NCBI RefSeq assembly: GCF_006345805.1
Contig: NC_042997.1
Location: 2,418,001 to 2,482,000 of the forward strand
Reading direction: 5' to 3'
Origin: Octopus sinensis
Taxonomy: Eukaryota
Length of the DNA: 64,000 nt
The notes beneath the pieces are model-generated. The model was not told the DNA's origin, ran no database searches, and saw only the letters and a list, made by a program, of their open reading frames with translations. The translations under genes and the position numbers were made by a program. The first letter of the stretch is position 1, and each line of letters starts with the position of its first letter. Positions 28,305 to 41,099 of the stretch are shown here, one piece after another.

Positions 28305-30130
28305 AATATTAAAGCTTACTATTTCGATTGTCATGAATAAGTAAAAATATAGAGTAATACTGACAATATAACAACATTATATTTTCGAAACTTAACAGTC
28401 AGAAGAAATAATCGCTTTTCATTTTACCATCATTTAGAGCTGCGTAAGAAAGTTTGCATACTAAAACATTTTGCATTATGAGATTTTCAGAAAGGGAATA
28501 GAGATACCGATGCTTTAGGCAGAGCTGCTTCTAACATTTGTACTACGCGTGTTAGGTATATTCTCCTTTTAGAAATTGGTTTTCTAAAAGGAGAATGCTG
28601 GTTGCTTTTAGGATTTGATTTATAAGCGAAAATATTATCAATACTTCCATTAGTTTCAACTGTGAATTTTAGATACATAGATACTGTCACAGTTTTTTTC
28701 GGGTGCGGCTACACTGAAAAATGGAACATCATATGTATACATCAATGTCAGAGGGACAACCTCTCTTTTGTAATATCGATCTTCTTAGTTCAGCAACTTG
28801 ATTTCTATTAAACATCGAAGGACGTTTTCATTTTTGACTTCGAAAATCAGAGTGGTTTCTTTCGCATATGTAATCATCCTAGCATCAATATCAACACTCA
28901 TTGCATTTGTCTTATCAATTATGAATATTTTAATCCTTCTTTCTCAAAATTCTTTCATATTACTATACCATTTATAATGTCTTCTATTTATTGCAACTAC
29001 TTCATTTTGCCATTTCTTTTATCTTTTATCGCCAATAAGTTTTTAACATTTGTCTAAAGTGGTGTTCCATATTTGTTTGTAGACTGTTTTACAGCTTGCT
29101 ATATAAATCATCTGAATAAAGTCATCAATATAAGTGTATGGTTGTCAGTTTTCATACGGATCTGAGGGGTGAAATAAGTTATGAGATTTGTAAATCTTTC
29201 CCTTCAAATTATATTCACACATTTATCCCTGTGTCTATGAGTATATGTATCTGCGAGTTTGGCTGTATGTATCAATGTCTTTGTCTAAGAATTTATGAAA
29301 AGAATCGTCAAAATATGATCTTTCCTGAAACCGTTAGAGTATTCCCTATCAATAATTTGAGCGTTTTAAGACCAATGTATACCGAGAAAATATTCACCTC
29401 AAAATATTAACCGAGTAGACGTTCATTCTATTTAATAATAAAATGCATAGGTTATGGAGAAAAAAGAAATTGAAATCACCAGTGAAAAGAATTAAAAATA
29501 ATGAGAAGGTGCAAACGATATGAACTATAGTGCAACGTCCTATTACACCTCAATATATTTTGACATAAACGAATCGCTTTTATAGAGAAAACTGTTATTT
29601 TGTCGCAGTGATCTCAAATGACACTTGTAATGGCATGCTTTCGGAGATTTACAGATACAAATTTTGCTGTTACTAACACAGATACAAGTGCATGTAAACT
29701 TATGCATACTCACACACAAACATACATGTATGCATACAGACATATGAATCTGTGTATCATATGTGCATTTGTATGTATATAAATGCACCAAAACACACTA
29801 TATACGAAATATATATATTTAACACCATTCTGCATGTATGAATTTTATATAGTGATCTCTTCATTTTGTAATTATACCATTACTATTAAACTTACAAGTA
29901 TCTATAATGACTCTTTTCTATTAATCTATAATACCTTTCTCACGATTAAATAGGATACACATAACTACCATTAAACAACCTCCAATATATATCATTTGTG
30001 ATGGAACCCCTATTTTTACATAAATGATGTTAACTGAATATTTTATCTTCTATTTTATAAATTCTTATAATCCAGCATTAATGATTGTTGGTACTTTTTA
30101 TCTATATGCATATCAAACTTAAAATTATAC

Positions 30131-30214
<84 letters not shown>

Positions 30215-30572
30215 ATATTATCGTGAACCTTTTAAACATATTTATCTATTAAAACATATTTTAGCATTATAATAAAAACTGACATGCTTAAACATATGAA
30301 AAACGCGAGATTACTAGTTACTCATATTTTGACTCAAAGAAAATAAAAAACTGCCACACCGCTTTTCAACTCTTCCCGTATCTTCTATGTGAAAACAAAA
30401 TACTCCTTTCATAAAACTAATGTTTTTTACATACCTAATATTTCCTCTTAGAAGAGATCACAGGATGTGTGACAAAAAACTCAGACAAAGGACATTAAAA
30501 TAACAATAGCAACCAAGTGTACAGTGCGTGTAGTTAATTGTTAAAATAATATTTCCATTCCCAAATATATCA

Positions 30573-30651
<79 letters not shown>

Positions 30652-30652
<1 letters not shown>

Positions 30653-30876
30653 TTACTACTCATAAGGGGCTAAACACAGAGAGGACAAACAAGGACAGAC
30701 AAAGGGATTAAGTCGATTACATCGACCCCAGTGCGTAACTGGTACTTAATTTATCGGCCCCGAAAGTATGAAAGGCAAAGTCGACGTCGGCGGAATTTGA
30801 ACGCAGAATGTAAGGACAGACGAAATACCGCTAAGCATTTCGCCCGGCGCGCTAACGTTTCTGCCAGCTCACCGCC
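30652..30876 (-). mobile_element. tRNA-derived SINE family A, full length
   Basis: Minus strand: ggcggtgagctggcagaaacgttagc (A-box-like), gcgttcaaattcc (B-box), and core gcctttcatactttcggggccgataaattaagtaccag resembling the MetaSINE-type central domain. Confidence 0.9.
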
Positions 30877-31135
30877 TTCATATATATATATATATTCACT
30901 TTTGAGCCATATATATATATATGTGTGTGAGTATCTATATATGCATATGCGTAAGTACATAATTGTCTATATATGAAGGCGCGTGGCCTATTGGAAATAG
31001 CCTTACAGTTAGGGCGAATCCTGACCTACTCGCCAAACCAGCCTAGTGACATTATTCGAATGCTAATCCCCAGTGCGAAGCGTTTTCTGATCAGCGATGT
31101 ATAACAACATGCGATAGTGCATTCGAATCAGTGAG

Positions 31136-31176
<41 letters not shown>

Positions 31177-32109
31177 CAGTACATTTACTCAAGGAGATAG
31201 TGACATAGAATATAAGAGAAAATAATACAATCGAATTTATATCAACAGAGAAATCTTTATTCATATCAAACTAGGTTAGATAATATGAATAATCAAGTTC
31301 ATGTAGATGCAAATGTCACAATGTAACAAGGTGTAAAAAAAGACTTTAGCAGAGAGCTTTATATTGAAGTATATATTTATATATACTTCATATATTTATA
31401 TTCAATATAGATTATTTTTTCAATTTATTCTTTTCTTTATCAGTTTATAATATGACTCTTGACTTTAAAATAAACCTCCTGCCTTCGACAAAGCAAGTGT
31501 AGATATTAGATAAGACTACCCGACAATCTATGCGATTTCATGGCGGTGTTTTCTTTCTTTCGCTAAAGTATGGCTTCTTTAATTTCCATTAGAAATCTAA
31601 GTTGGTTTTGTATTACATCATATAATAAAAAGCAGGTGATTTGCAGCAGACATTGGGAAAATATATCTTGTATCTAGAATTTATTAAGTAATCATAAGCT
31701 ATTATATTCAGTTACTGTTCAATGGTATTTCGGTGTGTATATAATTTCTTATAGCAAGTAAGGTACACGAAGGAAAATATAATTGTGTCATCGATTATTT
31801 TCGCAGTAAAACTGTTAGGTTGTTAATAACTATATTCATGTTAATCAATTTCATATCCTGTTATTTCAAGGCATAACAGTAATAAATTCGGAACACAAAA
31901 TAAGGTTACAATAATATAAGGATACGTGTATACATTCGTATGTGCATGTTTTATATACAGAGACTTATGCCTGTGTGTGTGTCTGTAGTCGGGTATAGAT
32001 CCATGCATATATATTTACAGATAATGATATTACATTTATTCCAGTATGAATATCGTTTCAAATATACATGCGTCAAACGCAATGAAAATAAATTATGATT
32101 AGGTAATAT

Positions 32110-32288
32110 TCGTTCCTACTATAGGTATGTGGCCTGAAAGTTTAGGTGATTAGGACAGTCGATTACATCAGCCTCAACGCTCAAGAGTTAATTGTTTTAT
32201 CGATTCCGAAATTATGAAATGCAAAGTCGACCACGTCAGATTTTGAACTCAGAACGTTAAGACGGACGAAATGCCGTTAAGCATTTCC
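32110..32288 (-). mobile_element. SINE family A, degraded
   Basis: gtcgattacatc..atcgattccgaaattatgaaatgcaaagtcgacc..tttgaactcagaacg aligns to the 35.4 kb copy. Confidence 0.75.
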
Positions 32289-32289
32289 A

Positions 32290-33040
32290 ACATATCACTG
32301 ACATTTTTACACATCAGACAACATTGCAGCAATAAATGAAATCAAGTATTAAACTACTATGGGTCGTGATAGAATCACTACTGGTATCTTAAAGAATGAA
32401 TATACCAACTTGCATACGCTCTAACTGAACCTTGGAGAAATTCTTTACACTCAAGTTTTATACCGAAACATTTTTTTTATCCCAATGTGTATATCATCCC
32501 GGCCTTCAGCAGGTCTCTTGCAATTAAAGATAGGCCAGTCTCACTCAACCCCCATATCATCGAAGTATTTGAAAGGGTGGTGAGATCAAAGTCAACTGGT
32601 TTCCTGGAGAGTAACAATTTTCTAAATTCCAACCAGCAGAGCTTTCGTTGCGCCAGGGACTGTTCAACACAGATTTTACATCAAATCAATGATGTCCTTA
32701 AAACTTTGAGATCAGGTTCGATCTCTGGTGTCATACTTTCTAGCCTCGGAAACGCTTTCTGTAAAGTCGATCACACATCCTCCTGTCAAAATTGTCCCAT
32801 ACTAGAGTCCGTGTTAAACTAATATTTCCTGCTGAACAATGCACATGTGCTCCAAGAATCACAAGTATCCCTAAACACACGACATGTAAATACACTAACG
32901 AAATTTCTTTTTCTCAATAAGCCCCACTTAATATTATATCAAAACAAGCCAAAGAAGAAAAACCCCATCATATTGAAACTATAAATAGACAACTTTCGTC
33001 AGGGATACCGGATGAGCCATCTATACTGGCTTATTTGGTA
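32290..33040 (+). mobile_element. Degraded CR1-type LINE RT fragment, related to 52.5-55.2 kb
   Basis: DRPVSLNPHIIEVFERVVRS..FLESNNFLNSNQQSFRCARDC..AFCKVDH aligns to YRPISLTSHIIKVVER..HGFRCGRDC..AFDRVDH. Confidence 0.8.
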
Positions 33041-33966
33041 TCCCGCAACGAGGTTTATTTCCCTGATTTACTCACGAGTGTCATTATGTTAAGAACGAAT
33101 ACAATCATTCCATCATTATTTGTCAACTAGTTAATAATTAAGTCAATTAATCCATTGTTTAATTAATCGTTCACTTAATCAGTCAGTAAGTGAAGTTCGT
33201 CAGAATCCTTTCGTCAACATTCGTGATTTCATCAACGACATCCGTTGTCTATTCCAGTTTTGATTGAGGACGGTTTGTCTCGTAGTTTCTTGATTGTATA
33301 ATATACCTATAAGGATGTACGTGATGAATCTATATTCGATAGATATGCAAGAACACAGAGCAATGTAATTTATACTGAAGAGCGTTATATAGATTCTGTC
33401 AAACATATATTCATGCGCTTGCCTAATATCTATGTCTGGTCATCAAATTAAGCCTGATTCTTTACATGGAAGGTAGAGATTGGTTCAGAATATATGCTGA
33501 AAGCAGTGAGCCTGTTCGATTGATTTCGAATGTAGTGACATGCCTAAAAGGCCCTAAGTAATACGTTGTACTGATAAACATGTACAGTTTATCACATACA
33601 GAAGACAGGTAGTTTTGAGCATAGAAGACAAAAACTTTGAGCAGATAAGCAAAAGCATCCAATCTGGTGCAGTTACGATACTTTCGACTCTAGTTCAACC
33701 TTTTTTTCTTATTTAGCCTAGAAGGAAATGTGAAGGTGAAGTGTGGAAAGATCTGAACTCAGCACAAATGAAGCAGAAATTTAGGTTTACAAATTTTACT
33801 GGTACTGCTGGACATTTCGTCTGCTTCTGATATTCTTAATTTTTATCACTATACGTTTATACTCTCTTGAGGCGCACAAATACTGAAATTGCGTCGTGTC
33901 TTTCTACAACAAATCCACATTAAATAGGATATACAGAACGCTCTCTCTCTCTATCTATCTCTCTCT

Positions 33967-34031
<65 letters not shown>

Positions 34032-34089
34032 CACACACACATATATATATGTGTTTGTGTGTGTATGATGGATTTTAAATATTTCCTAC

Positions 34090-35155
34090 AACTGTTTTTG
34101 GTAGGAATTATAGTTGCGTTCATAGCTCTGTTCATTAAGTCAGTCGACTGAGGGATTAAAACATTTAAACGAATTTAACAAATACTATCACCTCGGAGTC
34201 TCTGCACGAGTGTAAATTACACGAAAAGAAAGAAATATAAGAGGAATGAAAGAAAGAAGAAAGAAGAAAGAGAAAGAGAGTGAGAGAAGAACCCAAGAAA
34301 CGGAATCAACCTTTGTTATTTTGCGGTGTGCGAGTTCAAGCTCTTTATCTCATCGTATTGTAATTCAATGTGTCTAAATAAGTCTTATGACCAATTTTAA
34401 CCACATTGTTTATTTAACTTCATTGTATCCTATCTATTTATTTGTTTACCACATGTCATATATCCTTGCCATTGCTTGTTTTGGTTTTTGGTTTTTCTTT
34501 CCCATCTCATTATTTAACCTTCTATTTGACATTATTGCATTGAGGTTTAATTTTCTTAATTTCTAATCGTTTTATATTTTGCGATTATATATTTTTAAAA
34601 AAATCCTATGTAAATTCCCGCACTACTCACTTCGAATAACTAGGGAAATGCACTTACCTGAGATAAATACTTCCTACACAACATATACCTGTAAAACAAA
34701 TATAATGTTGTAGTAATCCATATACCCTAAATATAAAATTCAACTAAAAACTGACCATCTGAGTAGGTGAAGGGCTACAAATTTCAATACTCTATGTTGA
34801 TGATACTGATAAATCCTGGTAGCAGAAAACAGTGGTTTGAGGGGATGAACAAGTTCCCCTATAGATACAGCTATCACCAGCTTCTATTTAGTCTCCTTCC
34901 TTCATTATCTCTTTTCTTTTCATGCTCTCTTACTCTCTCTTCTCCTCTCTTCTCCTGTCTTCTTCTATTTTCCTTCTTCCATTTTTGTTTCTTTTCTCCT
35001 TGCTCATTTTCCGTGTTTTACTGCTTTTGTTTTTATGAATATTATATTGTCTTTATGAATATTATAGAGATTATTAAGATTTTCTTTTCAATCGATCAAC
35101 CGACCGATTGAGTAAACGGAACTATGAACGCACCTACAATGCCAATTAGAAACAA
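34090..35155. repeat. Old inverted repeat pair (~200-bp arms, ~600-bp spacer)
   Basis: tgcgttcatagctctgttcattaagtcagtcgactga (~34115) is the inverse of tcaaccgaccgattgagtaaacggaactatgaacgca (~35100); the purine and pyrimidine tracts also mirror. Confidence 0.65.
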
Positions 35156-35375
35156 ACGTAAGTCTGGAAAGCAAAAATAATAAAATATTTAAAGTCAATT
35201 AGTTATGCGATTTCTTCTATAAGATGGGAAAAAAACATATTAACAATGGAATGCAACCATGGTTTTACGAAATCGAGTGGTGATATCGTTCAACTTTGGA
35301 TATTAGCTTCGGATTATCTGGAGATCTATATCAATCAGGAAACGCTTGAAAAGTTCATTGTACTGAATAAATCTT

Positions 35376-35609
35376 TCTATTTCTTTACTGCTCACAGGGG
35401 GCTAAACACAGAGAGGACAAACAAGGACAGAGAAACGGATTAAGTCGATAACATCGACCCCAGTGCGTAACTGGTACTTAACTTATCAACCCCGAAAGAA
35501 TGAAAGGCAAAGTTGACCTCGGCGGAATTTGAACTCAGAACGTAACGGCTGACGAAATACGGCTACGCATTTCGCCCGGGGTGCTAACGTTTCTGCCAGC
35601 TCACCGCCT
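35376..35609 (-). mobile_element. tRNA-derived SINE family A, full length, with a 15-bp TSD
   Basis: Same family as 30652-30876; flanked by tactgaataaatctt (35361-35375) and tactgcataaatctt (35610-35624). Confidence 0.92.
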
Positions 35610-36120
35610 TACTGCATAAATCTTCCACTACACTGGAATAATTTAGAATTCAATCAACCTGCACCGATGATTTATTTACGTGCATCCATCAAAGAAAGTG
35701 CGCTACCCCGACTGATGCCCGGTAGCTGCAAGCGGCGAACATGCTCTGCACGCACATTATAAAGAATATGCCCGTAACAACGTTTGGATACTATACCTTA
35801 AAGTACACTCTCTAAACTTTAATTTTAAATAAAACTTATACACACAAAGACGCACACATACATATACATATAAGTGTGTGTGTGTATACATATAAGTGTG
35901 TGTAGTTACCTGAATATTTTCTACGAAAAATATTTTTTCCCTTCATTTAACGTTTATATTGTAATAATTTTTTTTGTCGTTACTACAAATATAACATTTT
36001 GCGTTCTGTTTGGCGAATAGAATAAAAACAAAAATTACTATGGTGGAATCATACAAGCTCGACTTCATATATTTGTGTATATCAATTCATGTATGTACAG
36101 GTAACTGTTTTGCCGTCAAG

Positions 36121-36860
36121 TACAAGGTGATTCAGAGAGGACGGACGTTTTTGAAAAATCCACAAAATCCTTAATATTGGCAGCAAACAAATTTTATTGA
36201 CACCAATGTGTTCGTATTGAAAGCGCTCTTATCAAAATCAAGCGTAGAAAACATCCATCATGTGGTGGCAGATTCCATTGATGCATTTCTGAAGGCATTC
36301 TTGGAAGTTGGTTTCCACTCTCCCCAGCATTTCTCTGTGTATAGTCAACAGTTGCCCAATAACCAATTTGATCAGGTGGAAATGCAGGTCTTCATGCAAA
36401 ATACGCCTTACCGATCAATTACAGATGCCAAATTCAGTAGAATGCCTCCGAGCAGAACTATTCAGACTCATTATCAAAGCTTGCCTGACGTGTTCTACAA
36501 TTTCCGGAGTCCGTACTGTTCGTGGCGACCTCATTGTTCACCTATTCACTAGTGTACCTCTTGTACGAAGGGCATTCACCCAACGTAAGACTGTGTTACG
36601 TGTCAGAACAGCCTGATTGCGGTGAATGTTGAAGTGGCGCCGAAACTCACACTGAAATGCTGTGACAGACTAGTTATTCTTCCCATAACTGTCGAAGGAA
36701 ACGTGATAATCTATCGACCTCATCGACACGGGTTCACTTGAAAAAAATATAAATAAATAAAAGAAAATGAAAAGCCACCACAGACCGAATTGTACCGTCA
36801 GCAACTGCAGCTGACTAATAGCCATTTCATATATGTCCGTCCTCTCTGCGCAATTCTATA
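36121..36860 (-). mobile_element. Internally deleted Tc1/mariner-superfamily DNA transposon
   Basis: The TIRs share cagagaggacggac / gtccgtcctctctg and are TA-flanked. Minus strand reads RSPRTVRTPEIVEHVRQAL..SSARRHSTEFGI..SVRRILHEDLHFH. Confidence 0.75.
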
Positions 36861-36892
36861 TATGCGTGTCGCTGAGTGGAATTATATATATA

Positions 36893-37116
36893 TACAGGGT
36901 GAGTCAAAAGTAACAATCGGTCTCTGGGACGTCCTGCATTTCTTCGTCGTTTTGAAACTCATTTCTCAAAGGCTAAAAATCTGGATCTTGTATTATGTTA
37001 TAAATAATCTTCGATGTCCCAACCAGCAAAACAAGAATTAGGAATCAAAAGTATCTCCCAATTCGAAGTCATAAATACCAACACTAAATTTGGGTGCTAC
37101 TTTAGACTTACCCTAT
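36893..37116. mobile_element. Tc1/mariner-type MITE
   Basis: TIRs ta|cagggtgagtcaaaagtaac and gctactttagacttaccct|ata; no coding sequence. Confidence 0.75.
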
Positions 37117-37205
37117 ATATATATACATATAGGGTGAGTCTAAAGTAGCGCCTTATATATATATATACATATATTGATATGAAAAAAAATATATATACAT
37201 ATATA

Positions 37206-37950
37206 TAAACATAGTAAATAGGGTAATAAAAATAAATTCTTATTACCAGTGACCTAGCACAAAATACGAATTAGTCATTAGACTATGCGTTATTCATATA
37301 TAAATACATTAAAATGGTTCCAAATAAAGAAGCGAGTGATAGATACACAAAATACACACAAATTCTATTCATTTGCTAAAAAGAAGATGAAACTGCAGTA
37401 CAGGATTAGCTGAGATGGTAAACGTTTTTGATTTTCATTCCATTTCATGAATTTATCCCCTTTTTGTGTATCTAGCACTCGCTTCTTTATTTGGAGGCCT
37501 TTTAATCTATTTATATATGAATAACGCATAGTTTAATGACTAATTCGTCTTTTGTGCTAGGTCACTGGTAATAAGAATTTATTTTTATTACCCTATTTAC
37601 TATGTTTAAATATTGCTCGATAAATTTGCACGTAAATTTTTACCGGCATCCTCTCTGTTCGCCGGGTATAATGTGCGTCTGCGCACTGGTTTGAAAAGTT
37701 AGGGTATACAGATCGTTGGATTTGCACGTGCTTCCAACGGTATGTACAGCTCGGATTGCAAAGGCTTCCTGCTGACGATTCTGGCCTTGGCAGATAAATT
37801 CTATTCATTTGCTAAAAAGAAGATGAAACTGCAGTACAGGATTAGCTGAGATGGTAAACGTTTTTGATTTTCATTCCATTTCATGAAATTATCCCCTTTT
37901 TGTGTATCTAGCACTCGCTTCTTTATTTGGAGGCCTTTTAATGTATTTAT
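37206..37950. mobile_element. (TA)n-embedded inverted plus 1.3x tandem element carrying the CTAG/RCTGG motif (family 2)
   Basis: 37206-37352 is the inverse of ~37461-37608; 37361-37515 recurs at 37798-37950 (period ~437). Motif at 37469-37595(+). Confidence 0.8.
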
Positions 37951-37984
37951 ATACATATATATATATATAAATCCTTAAATCCTT

Positions 37985-38215
37985 AAAAATGATTCAGCTT
38001 GAAAGCTGTGGCCATGCTGGGGCACCACCATTGATTGTGCTGCATTAGTATGTGAAACCCCATCTGATACTTGGCACTTGGTCAACAAGGGACTTCGACG
38101 CCGCTGTCCGCATCTGTGTTTCCTGCCGAGAGGGAAGTTCATCTGGAACCCCTGACAAGAAGAGATCGAGTTTAGCTTTACAGAAGCTCACATCCACGCC
38201 ATGCAGGTCTCATTT
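37985..38215 (-). mobile_element. CR1-type LINE 3' end with tail stem-loop
   Basis: DLHGVDVSFCKAKLDLF/LSGVPDELP..AASKSLVDQVPSIRWGFTY*, similar to FKRSLDRFLQGIPDKP of the 55 kb LINE, then ggtggtgccccagcatggccacagctttcaagctgaa. Confidence 0.75.
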
Positions 38216-38266
38216 AGGAAGGAATTTATGTGTAAATATAATATGTGATAATTATTCGGTAGCCAT

Positions 38267-38327
38267 GATAAAACTCCGAGTTTCGGTTGTCGGGTTGAAA
38301 ATCCAGGCCGCCATCTCTTCAGTTATC
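38267..38327 (-). ncRNA. Type I hammerhead ribozyme motif with intact core
   Basis: GAUAA-CUGAAGA-GAUGGCGG...CCGACAACC-GAAAC-UCGGA-GUU|UUAUC: 5-bp stem I, 3-bp helix III, GUU triplet; stem II is imperfect. Confidence 0.8.
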
Positions 38328-38394
38328 TGGCCCTCGGAAAAATGCCCAGCGGAATTCGAATAGGACCTAGTAAAGCTCATTTTTCCGATGGCCG

Positions 38395-38455
38395 GATAAC
38401 TGAAGAGATGGCGACGTGGATTTCCACCCCAACATCTGAAAATCGGAGATTTATG
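38395..38455 (+). ncRNA. Inverted sister copy of the hammerhead motif (helix III mutated)
   Basis: GATAA-CTGAAGA-GATGGCGACGTGGATTTCCACCCCAACATCT-GAAA-ATCGGAGATT-TATG. Confidence 0.7.
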
Positions 38456-38464
38456 ATGATGATG

Positions 38465-38535
<71 letters not shown>

Positions 38536-39299
38536 GGTTCTAGATGATGTAGAATACTTCCTATGAACTCTTGTGCATTTAATCCGTTTTCTCTTAGGAA
38601 AATGAATGTTGCAACACCTGTAACCATGTAAAGCGCAAAATAAATTTTTGAACCTATTTCGCACTTAAAATCTTCCATTTAAAGGACATATATATCACTA
38701 TTCATTAACATAGAATCCATTCATCCAAAAGGATCATAGAGAAAATGTAGTGGACTTTACATTAATCAATCAAATAAATGGAAATATTGTTGAACCAGCA
38801 GATTCGGTATTATTTAGAAACTTACAGTAATTTATTAATATAGATAATGAAATTAATTTCTACGAGCATGTTCAATCCATGTTATTAGCTTCAATTTTTT
38901 TTTATGGATTTACTATATCATCATATTAACGTTTCTGCTTTCATGAAAATGCTCTATAAAGGTGACACTACACAAATGTGTGTATAAAAAGAAACATCCG
39001 TGATAAAATCAAATCTACAATCTCGTATTATTTTCTTACTTCTCTCATATTTAAGTCTTCGTCACTAAGCAAACGTTTCTCCTTCATTGATTTTATATTA
39101 CAGATATGCAAGTCAGTAACACAGGGAGATGCAAATTACGAATATGAGAATTGCAACTGCACGCACGATGCGAAACAAATTGTATAATTCCCCAATTATT
39201 TCTCAGTTTACAGATATTGATTTATATATATATATATGTATAGGTATATATATGTATGTATGTATGTATATAGGTATATGCGTGCGTGTGTATGCATGC

Positions 39300-39348
<49 letters not shown>

Positions 39349-39959
39349 TTGTATCCTAAAAATGCCCGTGGCAATGTAGTAAACAATATGTATCATTAAT
39401 GTATTTGACACCTTTTAATTTAATTTCCCTTATTAACATTTTTCAATGTTTAATATCGGCACGGCGACACTACGTAGCGACACACTGCGTCAGGCGTATA
39501 TTTACAAGGAAAACGAGTAAGAAAGATATTAAAGGTTATTTCTAGACTGAGAAAAAGTTGACTTCTTCGGTTTTTTTAGTATTTCATTCCATTTATTAAA
39601 AGTCATTAACGTAGAATATCAGAATTGGAAAATCTGTTTTTACACATTAGCTCCTTAATATATTAAGAATGTAAACTAGAAAAATATTTTTATTTTTATT
39701 AGGATTTGATCTTTTATTTTCTTTTTCTCTATGTAGCAATCCGGTTACTTAAATATGTAAATATGTATTTAAACTAATTTATTATCGAATCAGGTAATCG
39801 TTCTTCATCTGCCATTGAAAATTTCGTCGGCTGAAATCATAAACAACTAAAAATGTCACTTATTTCAATCTATCGTCTCTTGTTCTAAACTTAATAAAGC
39901 CTTATTCTCTTCTATCATTCTTCATTTTTTATTTTAATCTCTTTCCTACCTTTTACCTC

Positions 39960-40900
39960 TCACATAATCCCCAAAGTTGATAGATGCAATCATTGTCGCA
40001 TTCGTTTAAGGAAAACCTTGGAAAGAATTAAATCAATCGAAACTGGAAGATAAAATACTCCCTTTGAACTTATCAGTTGAAAATTATATGAAGGCGCTGC
40101 ACGCATCAAGTTAACTGTAGGTGCAATAACAATATTTGTCTTCTATAGATCAAGTTCACAAACAGAAAGGAAACAAAGAATTCATACAATTTTAGGCTCT
40201 TGTAAAGCTATATACGAATCTTTTAGACATTCTTAAAGAAGCATATGAAATAGAAAAGTACTGAGATAAACACCAAGGTTTCTCTTGTGTATATATTTTC
40301 AGTGTCACTCAGGAAACTCTACTGCTACACATATTGTATATAGCGATACGTTTAGACAGCAACTTTCTCAAGGTACGTTGATGATACAGAAGTATCACAA
40401 GCAACATAGAACATCTGGTGATAAAAAAAAATCCAAAAAAACCTGAACGCACAGCATTCAAGTGGATACAAGTAACATCATATACTTCAAAACGAAAAAT
40501 GTTCAAATACTCCGTTATCAACTAACAAATTGAATGAACTCAGAATACACAAGACAATGGAAAGTTCCAACCTTTGAATCACAATGCATGATTCGGAGAT
40601 ATATGTATAATGATGCTTCATGCCCTGTTCATATTAGTAAGATGGCAACGGTGTGAATTTTATTATCAGAGGATCTCCCGAGACTATCTAGAAGAAGAAA
40701 AAAGAAACGATGGTTTGTGGAAAGAATTGTTCTTAGACATATTGACTACTATTCACAGTTACGGACGCCATATTCGCGTTTATATCTAAGAGAACTTGCT
40801 TGGGGATAGTGCTGTATCGGGCTCGATGTCTTTTTAATTATATCTCAGGTAGATTTAGTAACATTGTAACTGCTCTCTACTTGACAGAGATATCGTTATT
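39960..40900 (+). mobile_element. Highly degraded LINE RT remnant
   Basis: SVTQETLL..LYI (like GVPQG..LF..YI), followed by YVDDT at ~40373; boundaries are approximate. Confidence 0.4.
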
Positions 40901-41099
40901 TTTTGCCGTAAGTAAAAGTCGTATTGCGGATCAGTTTTGCGTTTTCCATGAGTATAGTTAAACTTAAACGCGCCTTCTAATGCGTATTCGCAGGTTAAAA
41001 TGGTTAAAAAAGAAAAGATACATCATAGATTTAATAATCACAGCAGTGAGTGCTTATAAAAAATGCATATTTACCTGGTGGTCATTAACAAAATTCCGC

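Noticed and set aside
28490-29150. Minus-strand YIDD peptide (PYTYIDDFI) suggesting an RT remnant
   Set aside because: It is a single short motif in stop-riddled AT-rich sequence with no second clear RT motif.
33315-33412. TGATGA-ATCTAT/ATAGAT and CTGAAGA..AAACATA
   Set aside because: The GAAA box or the stems are missing; not distinguishable from chance.
40303-40371. Apparent exon (ttttcag..AAG|gtacgt)
   Set aside because: It overlaps LINE RT-like motifs (QETLL..YVDDT) and is better explained as LINE decay.
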